DNA of 64,000 nt from Burkholderiales bacterium (GTDB lineage: Bacteria > Pseudomonadota > Gammaproteobacteria > Burkholderiales > SG8-39): contig JACZJT010000017.1 of the NCBI GenBank assembly GCA_014860445.1, positions 16,596-80,595 of the forward strand, in the 5' to 3' direction. Positions 40,137-48,837 of this stretch are shown here, in pieces; the stretch's first letter is position 1; each line of letters begins with the position of its first letter. The position numbers were made by a program, and so were the translations under genes. Under the pieces are notes generated by a model that saw only the letters and a program-made list of their open reading frames with translations, had not been told where the DNA came from and made no database searches.

Positions 40137-41387
40137 TTAAGCGCGCATCTCGCTCACTGAAATTTCCGTCCGAATATCGAATTCCAGCAGTCGGTGCGCT
40201 TCGCGCAAAGCGGAATCGACGGCGTCGACCGACTGGCCCTGTGCAAAGATAAACCCGAGGTAGCTTGCGCCCTCGGGTGGCGCAGATATCAGCTGGCCCG
40301 CGCCGGCCGTGATCCGGATATCGCTGATGCCGGCAACAGCCCGGGCCTGTTCAATCCCGCTCACGCCCTGGAAAAGCCCGTGCCGCGGAATCGGGATCAT
40401 CATCACGCCGTTCGCCGCGGCCTGCCTCGCCTCCGGCAACGGGAGCTGCAGCGCATCGCGCAGGATCAGTTCCTCCAGGCTCATGCCCAAGGCGGGGCGC
40501 AGCATTCTGCCGCACAGCCCGCCGATGGAACGCGCGGCAAGTTCCAGCAGCCATACGCCTTGCGCGTTCAGGCGCATTTCGGCGTGGACGGGACCGCTTT
40601 TGAGTCCGGCCAATACGCAGGCGCGCTGCACGGACTGTACGATCGCATCCTGCTGCTCCGGCGTCAGGCGCGAAGGCGTGAGATATACGGTCTCCTCGAA
40701 ATACGGGCCGTCCAGCGGATCGGGTTTGTCGATCAGCGCCAGCAGGCGCAACGCTCCGTCCTGCAGCAGCCCTTCGAGTGCATGCTCGCTGCCTGGAATG
40801 AAGTCTTCCACGATCAAGCCCAGTGCGGCTGCGTCGCGGTCGGCCTTGGCCTGGATGGCACGCACCCAGTTCACCGCTCGCGCATAAGCTTGCGGTGTGT
40901 CGGCGCGGACCACGCCGCGACTCGCGCTCAGGCGGCGCGCTTTGACCACGACCGGAAAGCGCAGCGGCTGCGGCAAGGCGTTCGCATCCGCATCGCGCGC
41001 GAGATGAAAAAAGTCCGGGCAGTTCAGACCGGCGTCGTGGAGCAAGCGTCGAAACGCGAGTTTGTCGCGGGTCAGCCGCACCGCCTCCGGCGAATTGCCT
41101 GCCAGCCCCAGGCGCTGGCGCAACAGCGCCGCCAGATCCAGGCCGCTGTCGTCCACGGCTAGCACCGCGTCCGGCCTGCGCTTGAGCGCATTCAGCACCC
41201 GGTTCAATGCGCGTTCGGGCTGATCAAAGGGTACCGATTGCATCGGACCTTTGCCCCAGGAGGGTGCAAGCCGGCGGCAGTAATTGGCGACGCTGATAAT
41301 CTGAATATCGAGTTGCCCGGCCGCCTCCAGAAAATCGTCGTTGCGATAGCCGGTGGTGGGCAGCAGCAGCAGAACGCGATTCACCAT
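40137..41387 (-). CDS. ATP-grasp domain protein of unknown substrate
   Basis: ORF trimmed to MVNRVLLLLPTTGYRNDDF, 7 nt after the radical SAM stop. The layout is a pre-ATP-grasp Rossmann-like N-terminus, then DKLAFRRLLHDAGLNCP...FPVVVKARRLSASRGVVRAD, then a C-terminal EMRLNAQGVWLLELAARSIGG Mg-ATP site pattern. Confidence 0.8.
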   Translation of the reverse strand: MVNRVLLLLPTTGYRNDDFLEAAGQLDIQIISVANYCRRLAPSWGKGPMQSVPFDQPERALNRVLNALKRRPDAVLAVDDSGLDLAALLRQRLGLAGNSPEAVRLTRDKLAFRRLLHDAGLNCPDFFHLARDADANALPQPLRFPVVVKARRLSASRGVVRADTPQAYARAVNWVRAIQAKADRDAAALGLIVEDFIPGSEHALEGLLQDGALRLLALIDKPDPLDGPYFEETVYLTPSRLTPEQQDAIVQSVQRACVLAGLKSGPVHAEMRLNAQGVWLLELAARSIGGLCGRMLRPALGMSLEELILRDALQLPLPEARQAAANGVMMIPIPRHGLFQGVSGIEQARAVAGISDIRITAGAGQLISAPPEGASYLGFIFAQGQSVDAVDSALREAHRLLEFDIRTEISVSEMRA

Positions 41388-41394
41388 CCTTGCC

Positions 41395-42858
41395 TCAAAA
41401 GCTCTGCAATTGCTGCTCGGTGGGCTCTGCACAGCAATACCAGGGCTCGGACAGGTGCGCGACGGGTTCGCCGAAATCTGCCCGCGTCAGCGGCGGCGCC
41501 TGCAGTCCCAGTGCATCGTGGGCAAGCCGCCACATCTGCTCGAAGATTTCGCTGCGCGGCCTGGCCTCCTGATCGCCTTGCGCGGCCAGGGACTGCAGCG
41601 CCTGCTGCAGGTCGTCCACGCGCGGATCCGCATGCCGCCACGGATAGCCCAGCAATTTCGGATCGAAGGCCCCGATCATTTCCGGAAAACCCTGCAATTG
41701 CAGCAACCACGAGCCTTCGGGCACGAGCAAGCGTATGCAAAGCTGAATCGCCGGCACGGCCTCCACCAGGCGCAGGCGCACCAGCGTACGCAGCAATTCG
41801 AGGTAGCTCTCGAGGCTGGTCCAGGGAGTAAACGGGACAAAGGTCGGCGCCATGGCGATGCCTGCGTCGCGGCACAGTTGTAGCGCGCGCTCGAAATCGG
41901 CCGGCGTATGGTTCTTGGCGAGGTGCTGCAGCACCAGTGCGTCGACCGACTCGACCGCCGCAGTGATGAACAGGCAGCCCGCCGACTTGAGCGCCGGCAG
42001 CAGTTCGGCGTGGGCAATGATGTGCTGGATCTTGATGGTGGCGTCGAAACTCAGTGCGGGATACTTTGCGTGCATGGCCGCAAGCACGTTCATGGCATGG
42101 GTACTGCCATTGAAAAAATCCGGGTCGCCGAATGATATATGCGCCGCGCCCGCATCGACCTGCTGCGCGATGTCCGCCATCACCACCGGCACCGGCACGA
42201 CACGGAACTTGCCCTGGTACACCGGCACCACAGGACAATGGCGGCACAGGTGCTTGCATCCCCTGCTCGCCTCGATGAACCCGAGCCGCTTCTTGCCGCC
42301 TTCCGACGTGAGCAGATGTGCGTAGCGCTCCAGCCCGGGGAGCCCGGAACGATCCGGGGTCAGAAAATCGATTTTGGCCAGATTGACCACCGGCCCGGTT
42401 TGTATGTCGCAGTTTTCACCCGCGCGCAGCCGCCGCGCAAGCTCCGCGAGTCCGGGCTCGAATTCGCCGCCCAGTATTGTTTGCACGCCGAGGCCGCGCA
42501 GCAATTGCTGGTTCATCGGCGCATACAGGCCGTACACGCACAGATGCGCATGCGGCGCGAGTGCGCGGATGCGGGGTAGCGCTTCGACCGCGATGCGCGT
42601 CGCAGTGTGCATGCCGACATAAACCGCCACCAGTCGCGCACCGGAAAGCGGAACCGAATCGAGTTGCTGCAGCGACAGGTCGATGCAGTGCACATCGAAT
42701 CCGTCCCGTTTCAGCCACGCAGCGGGTTCCGCCAGCGCGAACGGCTGCCGGCCGAGTTCATAGGGATTGATCAGCGCGACCGTGAACCGCGCCGGCGCGC
42801 CGGTTTGTGTTTCGACCCCGGCTGCTTCGATCAGGCGGGCTTCACTGCCGCTGTTCAT
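41395..42858 (-). CDS. B12-binding-domain radical SAM protein with C-terminal CCAEP tail
   Basis: 487 aa. It has an N-terminal Rossmann-like B12-binding-type domain (VALINPYELGRQPF...VAVYVGMHTA) and a radical SAM cluster motif SRGCKHLCRHCPV. The C-terminus is ...EPWYCCAEPTEQQLQSF. This tail matches what I recall as the CUAEP/CCAEP-tail radical SAM (seleno)protein family; here both codons are Cys. Confidence 0.85.
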   Translation of the reverse strand: MNSGSEARLIEAAGVETQTGAPARFTVALINPYELGRQPFALAEPAAWLKRDGFDVHCIDLSLQQLDSVPLSGARLVAVYVGMHTATRIAVEALPRIRALAPHAHLCVYGLYAPMNQQLLRGLGVQTILGGEFEPGLAELARRLRAGENCDIQTGPVVNLAKIDFLTPDRSGLPGLERYAHLLTSEGGKKRLGFIEASRGCKHLCRHCPVVPVYQGKFRVVPVPVVMADIAQQVDAGAAHISFGDPDFFNGSTHAMNVLAAMHAKYPALSFDATIKIQHIIAHAELLPALKSAGCLFITAAVESVDALVLQHLAKNHTPADFERALQLCRDAGIAMAPTFVPFTPWTSLESYLELLRTLVRLRLVEAVPAIQLCIRLLVPEGSWLLQLQGFPEMIGAFDPKLLGYPWRHADPRVDDLQQALQSLAAQGDQEARPRSEIFEQMWRLAHDALGLQAPPLTRADFGEPVAHLSEPWYCCAEPTEQQLQSF

Positions 42859-42864
42859 GCGCGC

Positions 42865-43275
42865 CTATTTCGATTTGGGGCGCTGTGCAAACTCGCCCGT
42901 CGCCGCTTCGCGGCTTGCGCCGGCCTCCTGCATGCGTTCCAGGTAGTGTTTCCACATCGAATCCTGGTTCACGCCGAGGTTGTACAGATAGTCCCAGGAA
43001 TAAAGACCGCTGTCGTGCCCGTCGGAGAACGTCAACTGTACCGCATAGGAACCCACCGGTTCGATATGCGTGAGATCCACGTTTTTCTTTCCGACCTGCA
43101 GGACCTCCTGTCCCGGCCCGTGGCCGCGCACTTCCGCCGAAGGGGAATAGACGCGCAGAAACTCGAACGGCAGCGTAAAGCACTTGCTGTCCTCGAACGA
43201 AATTTCCAGCATGCGCGATTTCTGGTGCAGTTTGATTTCCGTCGGGGAAGGGGTGGTCTTGTCTAACCCTGCCAT
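42865..43275 (-). CDS. DUF971 (gamma-butyrobetaine hydroxylase N-terminal-like) protein
   Basis: ORF trimmed to MAGLDKTTPSPTEIKLHQKSRMLEISFEDSKCFTLPFEFLRVYSPSAEVRGHG...LTFSDGHDSGLYSWDYLYNLG, which is the typical bacterial DUF971 pattern. Its stop is 6 nt before the radical SAM start. Confidence 0.8.
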   Translation of the reverse strand: MAGLDKTTPSPTEIKLHQKSRMLEISFEDSKCFTLPFEFLRVYSPSAEVRGHGPGQEVLQVGKKNVDLTHIEPVGSYAVQLTFSDGHDSGLYSWDYLYNLGVNQDSMWKHYLERMQEAGASREAATGEFAQRPKSK

Positions 43276-43591
43276 GAGTTCTCCTTTGTATGCTGTAGAC
43301 GCCAAGACTGCTTCGATAGACGCAAACAGCCTCCAAAACCGGGGGGTGCCGGGGAGCTTTCGCCCCCGTTCGCACAAGGCCCAATGGTAACGGTATTGTC
43401 GGTTCCGGTGGCGGCTGGATTCAGGCGGGCCGGCTCGCCTTCAGCCATTGCCGCGCGCTTGATATACATCAAAATGCCCGATCGCCGCTCCTCCATCATG
43501 ATGCCTGGCTGAAATTCGGCTTGATGGGACCGGAAAAAGCCACGATACTAAGGGGCAGCATCTTGGATCCACACTGTATTAAGGAAATGCG

Positions 43592-44383
43592 ATGAATTCG
43601 TGGATGATCAACGGGTTTTTTGCCATATTCGCGCTCTTGGCAGCCACAGGCTTGTTTTTCTTCGTGGTAACGCGGGGAGCGCTGGTAGTGCGCGGATTGT
43701 CGCCGGGCTCCCAGAGCGAGAAATCGCATGTATATCCGATTTACTCGAACATGCGGCTGATCAAGATGGTCGATTTTCAGCCCATTATCTCCGCGATTCT
43801 GCTGTTTCAGTACAGCCACCTGGTCTCGAAAATCGTTTCCGAACTGAAACGGATGGACCTGAAAAACAAGAAAGTGCTGATCACCTCATGCGCGTTCGGG
43901 AACGTGATTCCGCGCGTGGTGAAAGCATCGATCGATTCTGGCGCCGAACGCGTTCTGATCGCTGACATCATCCAGAACGAGCTCGTGCATGCAAAGAGCA
44001 AACTGCGCGAGTTCGGCGGGAAGATAGAGTATGTCGAGGATAACGCGACCTCGATGCAGTTGAAGGACGACGCGGTCGCCGCGAACGTCATATTCTTTCT
44101 GCTGCATGAATTGCCGCACCATCTGAAAGGACAAACTCTGGACGAGGCGGGGCGCATGCTCGCACCCGGTGGCAAGCTTTTTCTTGCGGAATTTCACCGG
44201 CCGCAGCTGTGGGTGTTGCGCGCACTGAGCTGGACTTACTTCAAAGTGTTCGAACCCCTGGGCCTGGCGCTCTGGGATACGCATGACCCGCTCCACTATC
44301 TGGAAAAGTCGGGCGGATGGACCTGCGAGCGCACCACCTTCTTTTTCGGAAACTTTCAGATCATTACCGCGACCAAACAGTAG
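43592..44383 (+). CDS. class I methyltransferase-fold protein with degenerate SAM motif I, RquA-like (candidate rhodoquinone biosynthesis protein)
   Basis: 263 aa. Motif I reads VLITSCAFG instead of h-h-D/E-h-G-x-G-x-G. The post-I acidic residue (IADI) and motif II-like FFLLHELPHH are present, and the tail HRPQLWVLRALSWTYFKVFEPLGLALW resembles my memory of RquA. GC content is visibly lower than in flanking genes. The N-terminal 30 aa are hydrophobic. Confidence 0.7.
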   Translation: MNSWMINGFFAIFALLAATGLFFFVVTRGALVVRGLSPGSQSEKSHVYPIYSNMRLIKMVDFQPIISAILLFQYSHLVSKIVSELKRMDLKNKKVLITSCAFGNVIPRVVKASIDSGAERVLIADIIQNELVHAKSKLREFGGKIEYVEDNATSMQLKDDAVAANVIFFLLHELPHHLKGQTLDEAGRMLAPGGKLFLAEFHRPQLWVLRALSWTYFKVFEPLGLALWDTHDPLHYLEKSGGWTCERTTFFFGNFQIITATKQ

Positions 44384-44401
44384 CCGGCAGGATTGGCATA
44401 C

Positions 44402-44430
44402 AAAAAAAGGCTCCGGACGGAGCCTTTTTT
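44402..44430. terminator. bidirectional intrinsic terminator between convergent genes
   Basis: aaaaaaaggctcc-ggac-ggagcctttttt, with A/T tracts on both sides. Confidence 0.75.
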
Positions 44431-44431
44431 G

Positions 44432-45583
44432 TCAGATCCGCAGCCAGCCGCGCTGCGCCGCGTGATGCGCCAGAATTCCGAACAACACCGCCGTACCGAC
44501 GTTCCATATCGCGAACGCCGCCGTCGCCAGCACCACGAAACGATCGGTTTTTTCCGCGCCGCTGTCGCGGCTGCCCAGGGCGAGTTGCAATCCGGCCATG
44601 AAAAGGATCACGCCGAGTATGCTGGGCGGAAACATTTTGAACACTGTGACGATCGACGCCGACAGAAACAGCCCTGCGCACAAAAGTAAGCTGCCAAGAA
44701 TGATGGACGATCCGCCCGTGCGCGCGCCGAACTGGACGTGCCCCGCCATGCCTCCCGCCCCGTGGCACATCGGTATGCCCCCGATCATGCTGGCGCCGAG
44801 ATTCATCAATCCGGTCGAGTAGGCGACCGCGCGTTCGGTGACCGGCCGGTCAGGAAACAGGCGATTGTTCTCCTCGGTGATGGCGATGTAGGCGTTGCCG
44901 AAGGTCAGCGGCAGTTGGGGAAGCGCCAGCAGGATGAACCCCGTCCAGAGATCATTCATGGAAAGTGATTCCCACGCGAAACCCGGGAGCTTGAACTCGG
45001 GTTTGAGCGCGCCAAGTTCGCTTGCCAGGCCAGGCTGGGCAATCAGCGCGATCAACGCACCGATAACGAGCAGCACCAGCATCGCGGGCATGCGCGGTCG
45101 GCCCAGCAGCACCAGCGTCAGCGCAAGCAGCGGACCCGCGATCCAGAGACTGGTGGACATCATGCGAATTCCCTGCAGCATGAACGTAAAACCCAGGCCC
45201 ATGACGACGCCCAGGAGTGCGGAGCGCGGCACCCAGTTCGCCGCACGCTTGCCCAGACCGGTCACTGCGAGGAGCAGCCACAGGAGCCCCGTCGTCAATC
45301 CTGCACCGATCACGGTCCCGGCGCCCAGGCCCGCTGCCAGCGTGCTCTGGCTGACTGCCGCAGCGCCGATGGCCTTCATCGGCTGCACCGGGAAAGGCGT
45401 GCGATAAATGGCCCCGGCCAGGATCAGTGCGACGCCGAACGCAACGAGCAGGCCGTTTGCATCCATTTTCAGTATCGATACATATGCGGCGACGAAGGGA
45501 ATCAACGTTCCCAAGTCGCCGAACGCCCCGGCCCACTCGGGGAGGTCGAAGCGATTCGGCGGACGCGCGCTCTGTTCATGCAT
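44432..45583 (-). CDS. putative sulfate/molybdate transporter (SulP/MOT1-like membrane protein)
   Basis: ORF trimmed to MHEQSARPPNRFDLPEWAGAFGDLGTLIPFV. It is polytopic and hydrophobic throughout, and the N-terminal motif resembles the molybdate/sulfate permease family. Confidence 0.6.
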   Translation of the reverse strand: MHEQSARPPNRFDLPEWAGAFGDLGTLIPFVAAYVSILKMDANGLLVAFGVALILAGAIYRTPFPVQPMKAIGAAAVSQSTLAAGLGAGTVIGAGLTTGLLWLLLAVTGLGKRAANWVPRSALLGVVMGLGFTFMLQGIRMMSTSLWIAGPLLALTLVLLGRPRMPAMLVLLVIGALIALIAQPGLASELGALKPEFKLPGFAWESLSMNDLWTGFILLALPQLPLTFGNAYIAITEENNRLFPDRPVTERAVAYSTGLMNLGASMIGGIPMCHGAGGMAGHVQFGARTGGSSIILGSLLLCAGLFLSASIVTVFKMFPPSILGVILFMAGLQLALGSRDSGAEKTDRFVVLATAAFAIWNVGTAVLFGILAHHAAQRGWLRI

Positions 45584-45813
45584 ATGCCGGGAATAATACA
45601 AGACTCCGGAATGGACAGGTGGACATGGATTGCGTCCAATCAGATTTCGCATGATGCGCATGAATGGTCAATATTTGATCAGAATCAAGCATAATGACGA
45701 TCTTTCTGCAAAGATGTCGTTGTGCCGGGGCATCGATGCCCCTTGTGTGCGCCGCCCTCAGGGATGTGCGCGTGCCCCTATTTCAAGAATTTTCACAAAG
45801 AGGAGTTCTCCCA

Positions 45814-46773
45814 ATGAAACGATTTTACAAATCCATCGCAGCCGGTCTCATCGGCGCCACCGCGATCGCGGCCGGCATAGCAGTCGCCGCCTATCCGGAG
45901 AAAACGATCAACTACATCATTGCGTTTGGCCCGGGCGGCGAATCGGACATCTCCGCGCGTCTGCAGGAGCCGTATTTCAAGAAACTGACCGGACAGCCAG
46001 TGGCGATCCAGTACAAGGCCGGCGCCGGTGGCGCCGCGGCCTGGTCGCAGATCAACTCGACCCCAGGCGACGGTTACACGATTATCGGCACCAACATACC
46101 GCACATCATTCTGCAACCACTGCAGAAGGACGTCGGCTACAAGACCGCTGATATCGCCACCGTCTACTGGTTCCATTACACGCCCGACGCCATCATCGTC
46201 ACCGCCGACAGCCCGTACAAGACACTGGACGATCTCGTCGCCGCGGCGAAGAAATCGCCAGGCGCGCTGACCTTCAGCGGCTCGGGCACGAACTCGGCCA
46301 ATCACCTGGCACAGCAGCGCTTCGGCAAGCTCGCCGGGATCAAGACGACCTATATCCCGGCGAAAGGCACGGGCGCGTCGAACGCGGCGCTCTTGGGCAA
46401 GCACGTATCCGGCGCGTTCAGCTACTCCACCGTCGGCACGCAGCTGGGCACGCAGGTGCGCTGCCTCGCGATCGCGCTGGAGAAACGCCACCCGGCGCTG
46501 CCGGACTGCCCGACGTTCAAGGAAAAAGGCTACAACCTCGTTAGCGGCGCCTACCGCGGCATCGGGGTACCCAACACCACGCCCAAGGCCACGCAGCAGG
46601 CGGTCTCCGACCTGATAGGCAAAATCAACCATGACCCGGCCTTCATCAAGGCGATGGAGGACAAGGGTTTCGCGATGGTTGATATAGGGCTGGCAGACAT
46701 GCCCGCATTCATGGCCGAGAAGCAAAAGGAATACGAGGAACTCGCCCGCGACATGGGCATCACGAAGAAGTAG
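45814..46773 (+). CDS. tctC: tripartite tricarboxylate transporter substrate-binding protein (Bug/TctC family)
   Basis: ORF trimmed to MKRFYKSIAAGLIGATAIAAGIAVAAYPEKTINYIIAFGPGGESD (signal peptide plus the Bug-family opening), with an aggag RBS. Confidence 0.85.
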   Translation: MKRFYKSIAAGLIGATAIAAGIAVAAYPEKTINYIIAFGPGGESDISARLQEPYFKKLTGQPVAIQYKAGAGGAAAWSQINSTPGDGYTIIGTNIPHIILQPLQKDVGYKTADIATVYWFHYTPDAIIVTADSPYKTLDDLVAAAKKSPGALTFSGSGTNSANHLAQQRFGKLAGIKTTYIPAKGTGASNAALLGKHVSGAFSYSTVGTQLGTQVRCLAIALEKRHPALPDCPTFKEKGYNLVSGAYRGIGVPNTTPKATQQAVSDLIGKINHDPAFIKAMEDKGFAMVDIGLADMPAFMAEKQKEYEELARDMGITKK

Positions 46774-46783
46774 GTCTTAGGGC

Positions 46784-46820
46784 CGTCGCGGCGCCGCCAC
46801 GCGCGGGGCCGCGACGCTTT
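46784..46820 (+). terminator. intercistronic hairpin between tctC and tctA (possible attenuating terminator)
   Basis: cgtcgcggc (46784-46792) pairs with gccgcgacg (46808-46816), followed by cttt. The U-tract is weak. Confidence 0.3.
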
Positions 46821-46883
46821 CCATCGGCGCGCTACCCTGCCATGGCGACGCGCGCCACATGACATAAAACCAGGATTTACACG

Positions 46884-48386
46884 ATGCCAGGCATTGAGTT
46901 CCTGCTTGCGGCACTTACGCCGTACAACATTATGCTTGCCGTTGCCGGCGTAGTCGCCGGAACGATGATCGGCGCGCTGCCGGGGCTCACCGCCACGATG
47001 GCGATCGCAGTGCTGATACCTTTCACCTTCGGCATGCCGCCCGCGTCCGGACTGATTGCATTGGGCGCCATCTACACGGGCGCCATCTATGGCGGCGCTT
47101 ACTCCGCGATTCTGCTGAACACGCCCGGTACCCCCTCGGCCATTGCGACGACCTTCGACGGATACCCCATGGCCAAGCGCGGCGACGGCGATCTCGCCGT
47201 CACGCTCGCGTGCATCGCCTCGGTCATGGGAGGCCTCGTGGGCGCAGCCTTTCTGCTGATGCTCGCACCGCCGCTGGCGCGTTTCGCGCTCGCCTTCGGA
47301 CCGGTCGAATACTTCTGGCTGGCCGTATTCGGGCTCAGCCTCATCGCGAGCCTTTCCGAAGGCAGTTTGCTCAAGGGCCTGATCGGCGGTGCAGCCGGGC
47401 TCCTGCTGGGGACCGTGGGTCTGGCCGAGGTGGGCGGCGACATCCGCTACGTCGGCGACTTCAACGCGCTGCTGGGCGGCTTCGACGTGATCGCGGCCCT
47501 GATCGGGCTGTACTGCGTGCCGGTGCTCATCGATCTCGTGGCCACACCCGACCCGCATCTCAAGCTGACGCACCAGGTGGCCGGCTTCCGCTTGCGCGAG
47601 GCAGCGTCGATCGCCTGGCGCTCGCGGTTTAATCTCATCCGCAGTTCCGTCATCGGCACCCTGGTCGGCATCCTGCCAGGCGCGGGCGGTTCGATCGCCT
47701 CCCTGGTCTCCTACTCGGAAGCCCGCCGCGTCGCCAAGGATCCGAAGCGCTTCGGCACCGGCGAGCCCGACGGCATCCTCGCTACGGAATCCGCGAACAA
47801 TGCGACCGTCGGCGGCGGCTTCATTCCGACGCTGGTGCTCGGTATTCCCGGTACGCCCGCCGACGCGGTGATTCTGGGTGCGCTCCTGGTGCAGGGCATA
47901 CGCACTGGCCCCACGCTCTTCCTGCAACAGGGCCAGATCGTCTACACCTTCATCTACGGCTTGTTCATCGCGACCGTGCTGATGCTGCCCATCGGGCTGG
48001 TCATCGGCCGCTACGCATTCAAGTCCATCGTCAGTATCCCCAAGGCGATGCTGGTGCCGTCGGTGGCGATGCTCACCATCCTGGGCAGCTACGCGGTCAA
48101 CAACAACGTGGAACAGGTCCAGCAGATGGTGATGATCGGCATCTTCGGTTGGATCGCCGCGCGCTTTGGCTTCACCGCTTCGCCCATCGTACTCGGACTC
48201 ATCCTCGGGACCATTGCGGAGTCGGGGTTCGTGCAGGGCTATCTGATCGGCAACGCCCGCGGCCAGCCCATCTCCGAATTCTTCACGCGGCCGATTTCAA
48301 TCGGAATCATCGCCTTTACTCTGCTCGGGCTCGCCTATCCGCTGATCACCGCGCGCAAGCACAAACGGAGCCCTTCAAATGAATGA
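46884..48386 (+). CDS. tctA: tripartite tricarboxylate transporter permease, large subunit
   Basis: 500 aa, polytopic. LPGLTATMAIAVLIPFTF and GILPGAGGSIASLVSYSEA are typical TctA motifs. Confidence 0.9.
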   Translation: MPGIEFLLAALTPYNIMLAVAGVVAGTMIGALPGLTATMAIAVLIPFTFGMPPASGLIALGAIYTGAIYGGAYSAILLNTPGTPSAIATTFDGYPMAKRGDGDLAVTLACIASVMGGLVGAAFLLMLAPPLARFALAFGPVEYFWLAVFGLSLIASLSEGSLLKGLIGGAAGLLLGTVGLAEVGGDIRYVGDFNALLGGFDVIAALIGLYCVPVLIDLVATPDPHLKLTHQVAGFRLREAASIAWRSRFNLIRSSVIGTLVGILPGAGGSIASLVSYSEARRVAKDPKRFGTGEPDGILATESANNATVGGGFIPTLVLGIPGTPADAVILGALLVQGIRTGPTLFLQQGQIVYTFIYGLFIATVLMLPIGLVIGRYAFKSIVSIPKAMLVPSVAMLTILGSYAVNNNVEQVQQMVMIGIFGWIAARFGFTASPIVLGLILGTIAESGFVQGYLIGNARGQPISEFFTRPISIGIIAFTLLGLAYPLITARKHKRSPSNE

Positions 48387-48837
48387 GAACCCGCGTCGCG
48401 ACATTCCCGGAATTGCCGGATCGGCGGCGTTCATCATCGTCGGCATACTTGCTTTCTGGGGTGCGCGCGATTTTTCGCCCCTGGGCTCAGTCTTCCCGCG
48501 CACGATGGCCGTCGCAATGATCGTGTTTGCAGCCGCCTATATCGCGATGGCACTGCTGCGCCCGACGGCCCCGGCCGCGATGCCGGCTGGATCACCCTGG
48601 CGCCGCGGCGCCGTCATGGTGGTGCTGATCGCGTGGTCGTTTCTACTCGGGCACGTCGGATTTCTCACCACAAGCGTCATCGCCTATACCGCGCTACTGA
48701 TCATTGCCAATTATGATCGCTGGACGCCGCGCATGGCCGTCATCTACTCGGTGGTAGGCGCACTGGTGCTCGGCGGCCTGTACTGGGTTTTCCACGAGGT
48801 GCTGCAGGTGCCGCTGCCAGCAGGGATGCTGCTCTAG
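48379..48837 (+). CDS. tctB: tripartite tricarboxylate transporter small membrane subunit
   Basis: 152 aa with four hydrophobic segments. It overlaps the tctA stop by 8 nt. The assignment is mainly by context and size. Confidence 0.65.
   Translation: MNENPRRDIPGIAGSAAFIIVGILAFWGARDFSPLGSVFPRTMAVAMIVFAAAYIAMALLRPTAPAAMPAGSPWRRGAVMVVLIAWSFLLGHVGFLTTSVIAYTALLIIANYDRWTPRMAVIYSVVGALVLGGLYWVFHEVLQVPLPAGMLL

Noticed and set aside
41422-41436. Selenocysteine (UGA) in the CUAEP/CCAEP tail of the radical SAM protein
   Set aside because: The codons are TGC TGT (Cys-Cys). There is no in-frame TGA and no need for a SECIS element.
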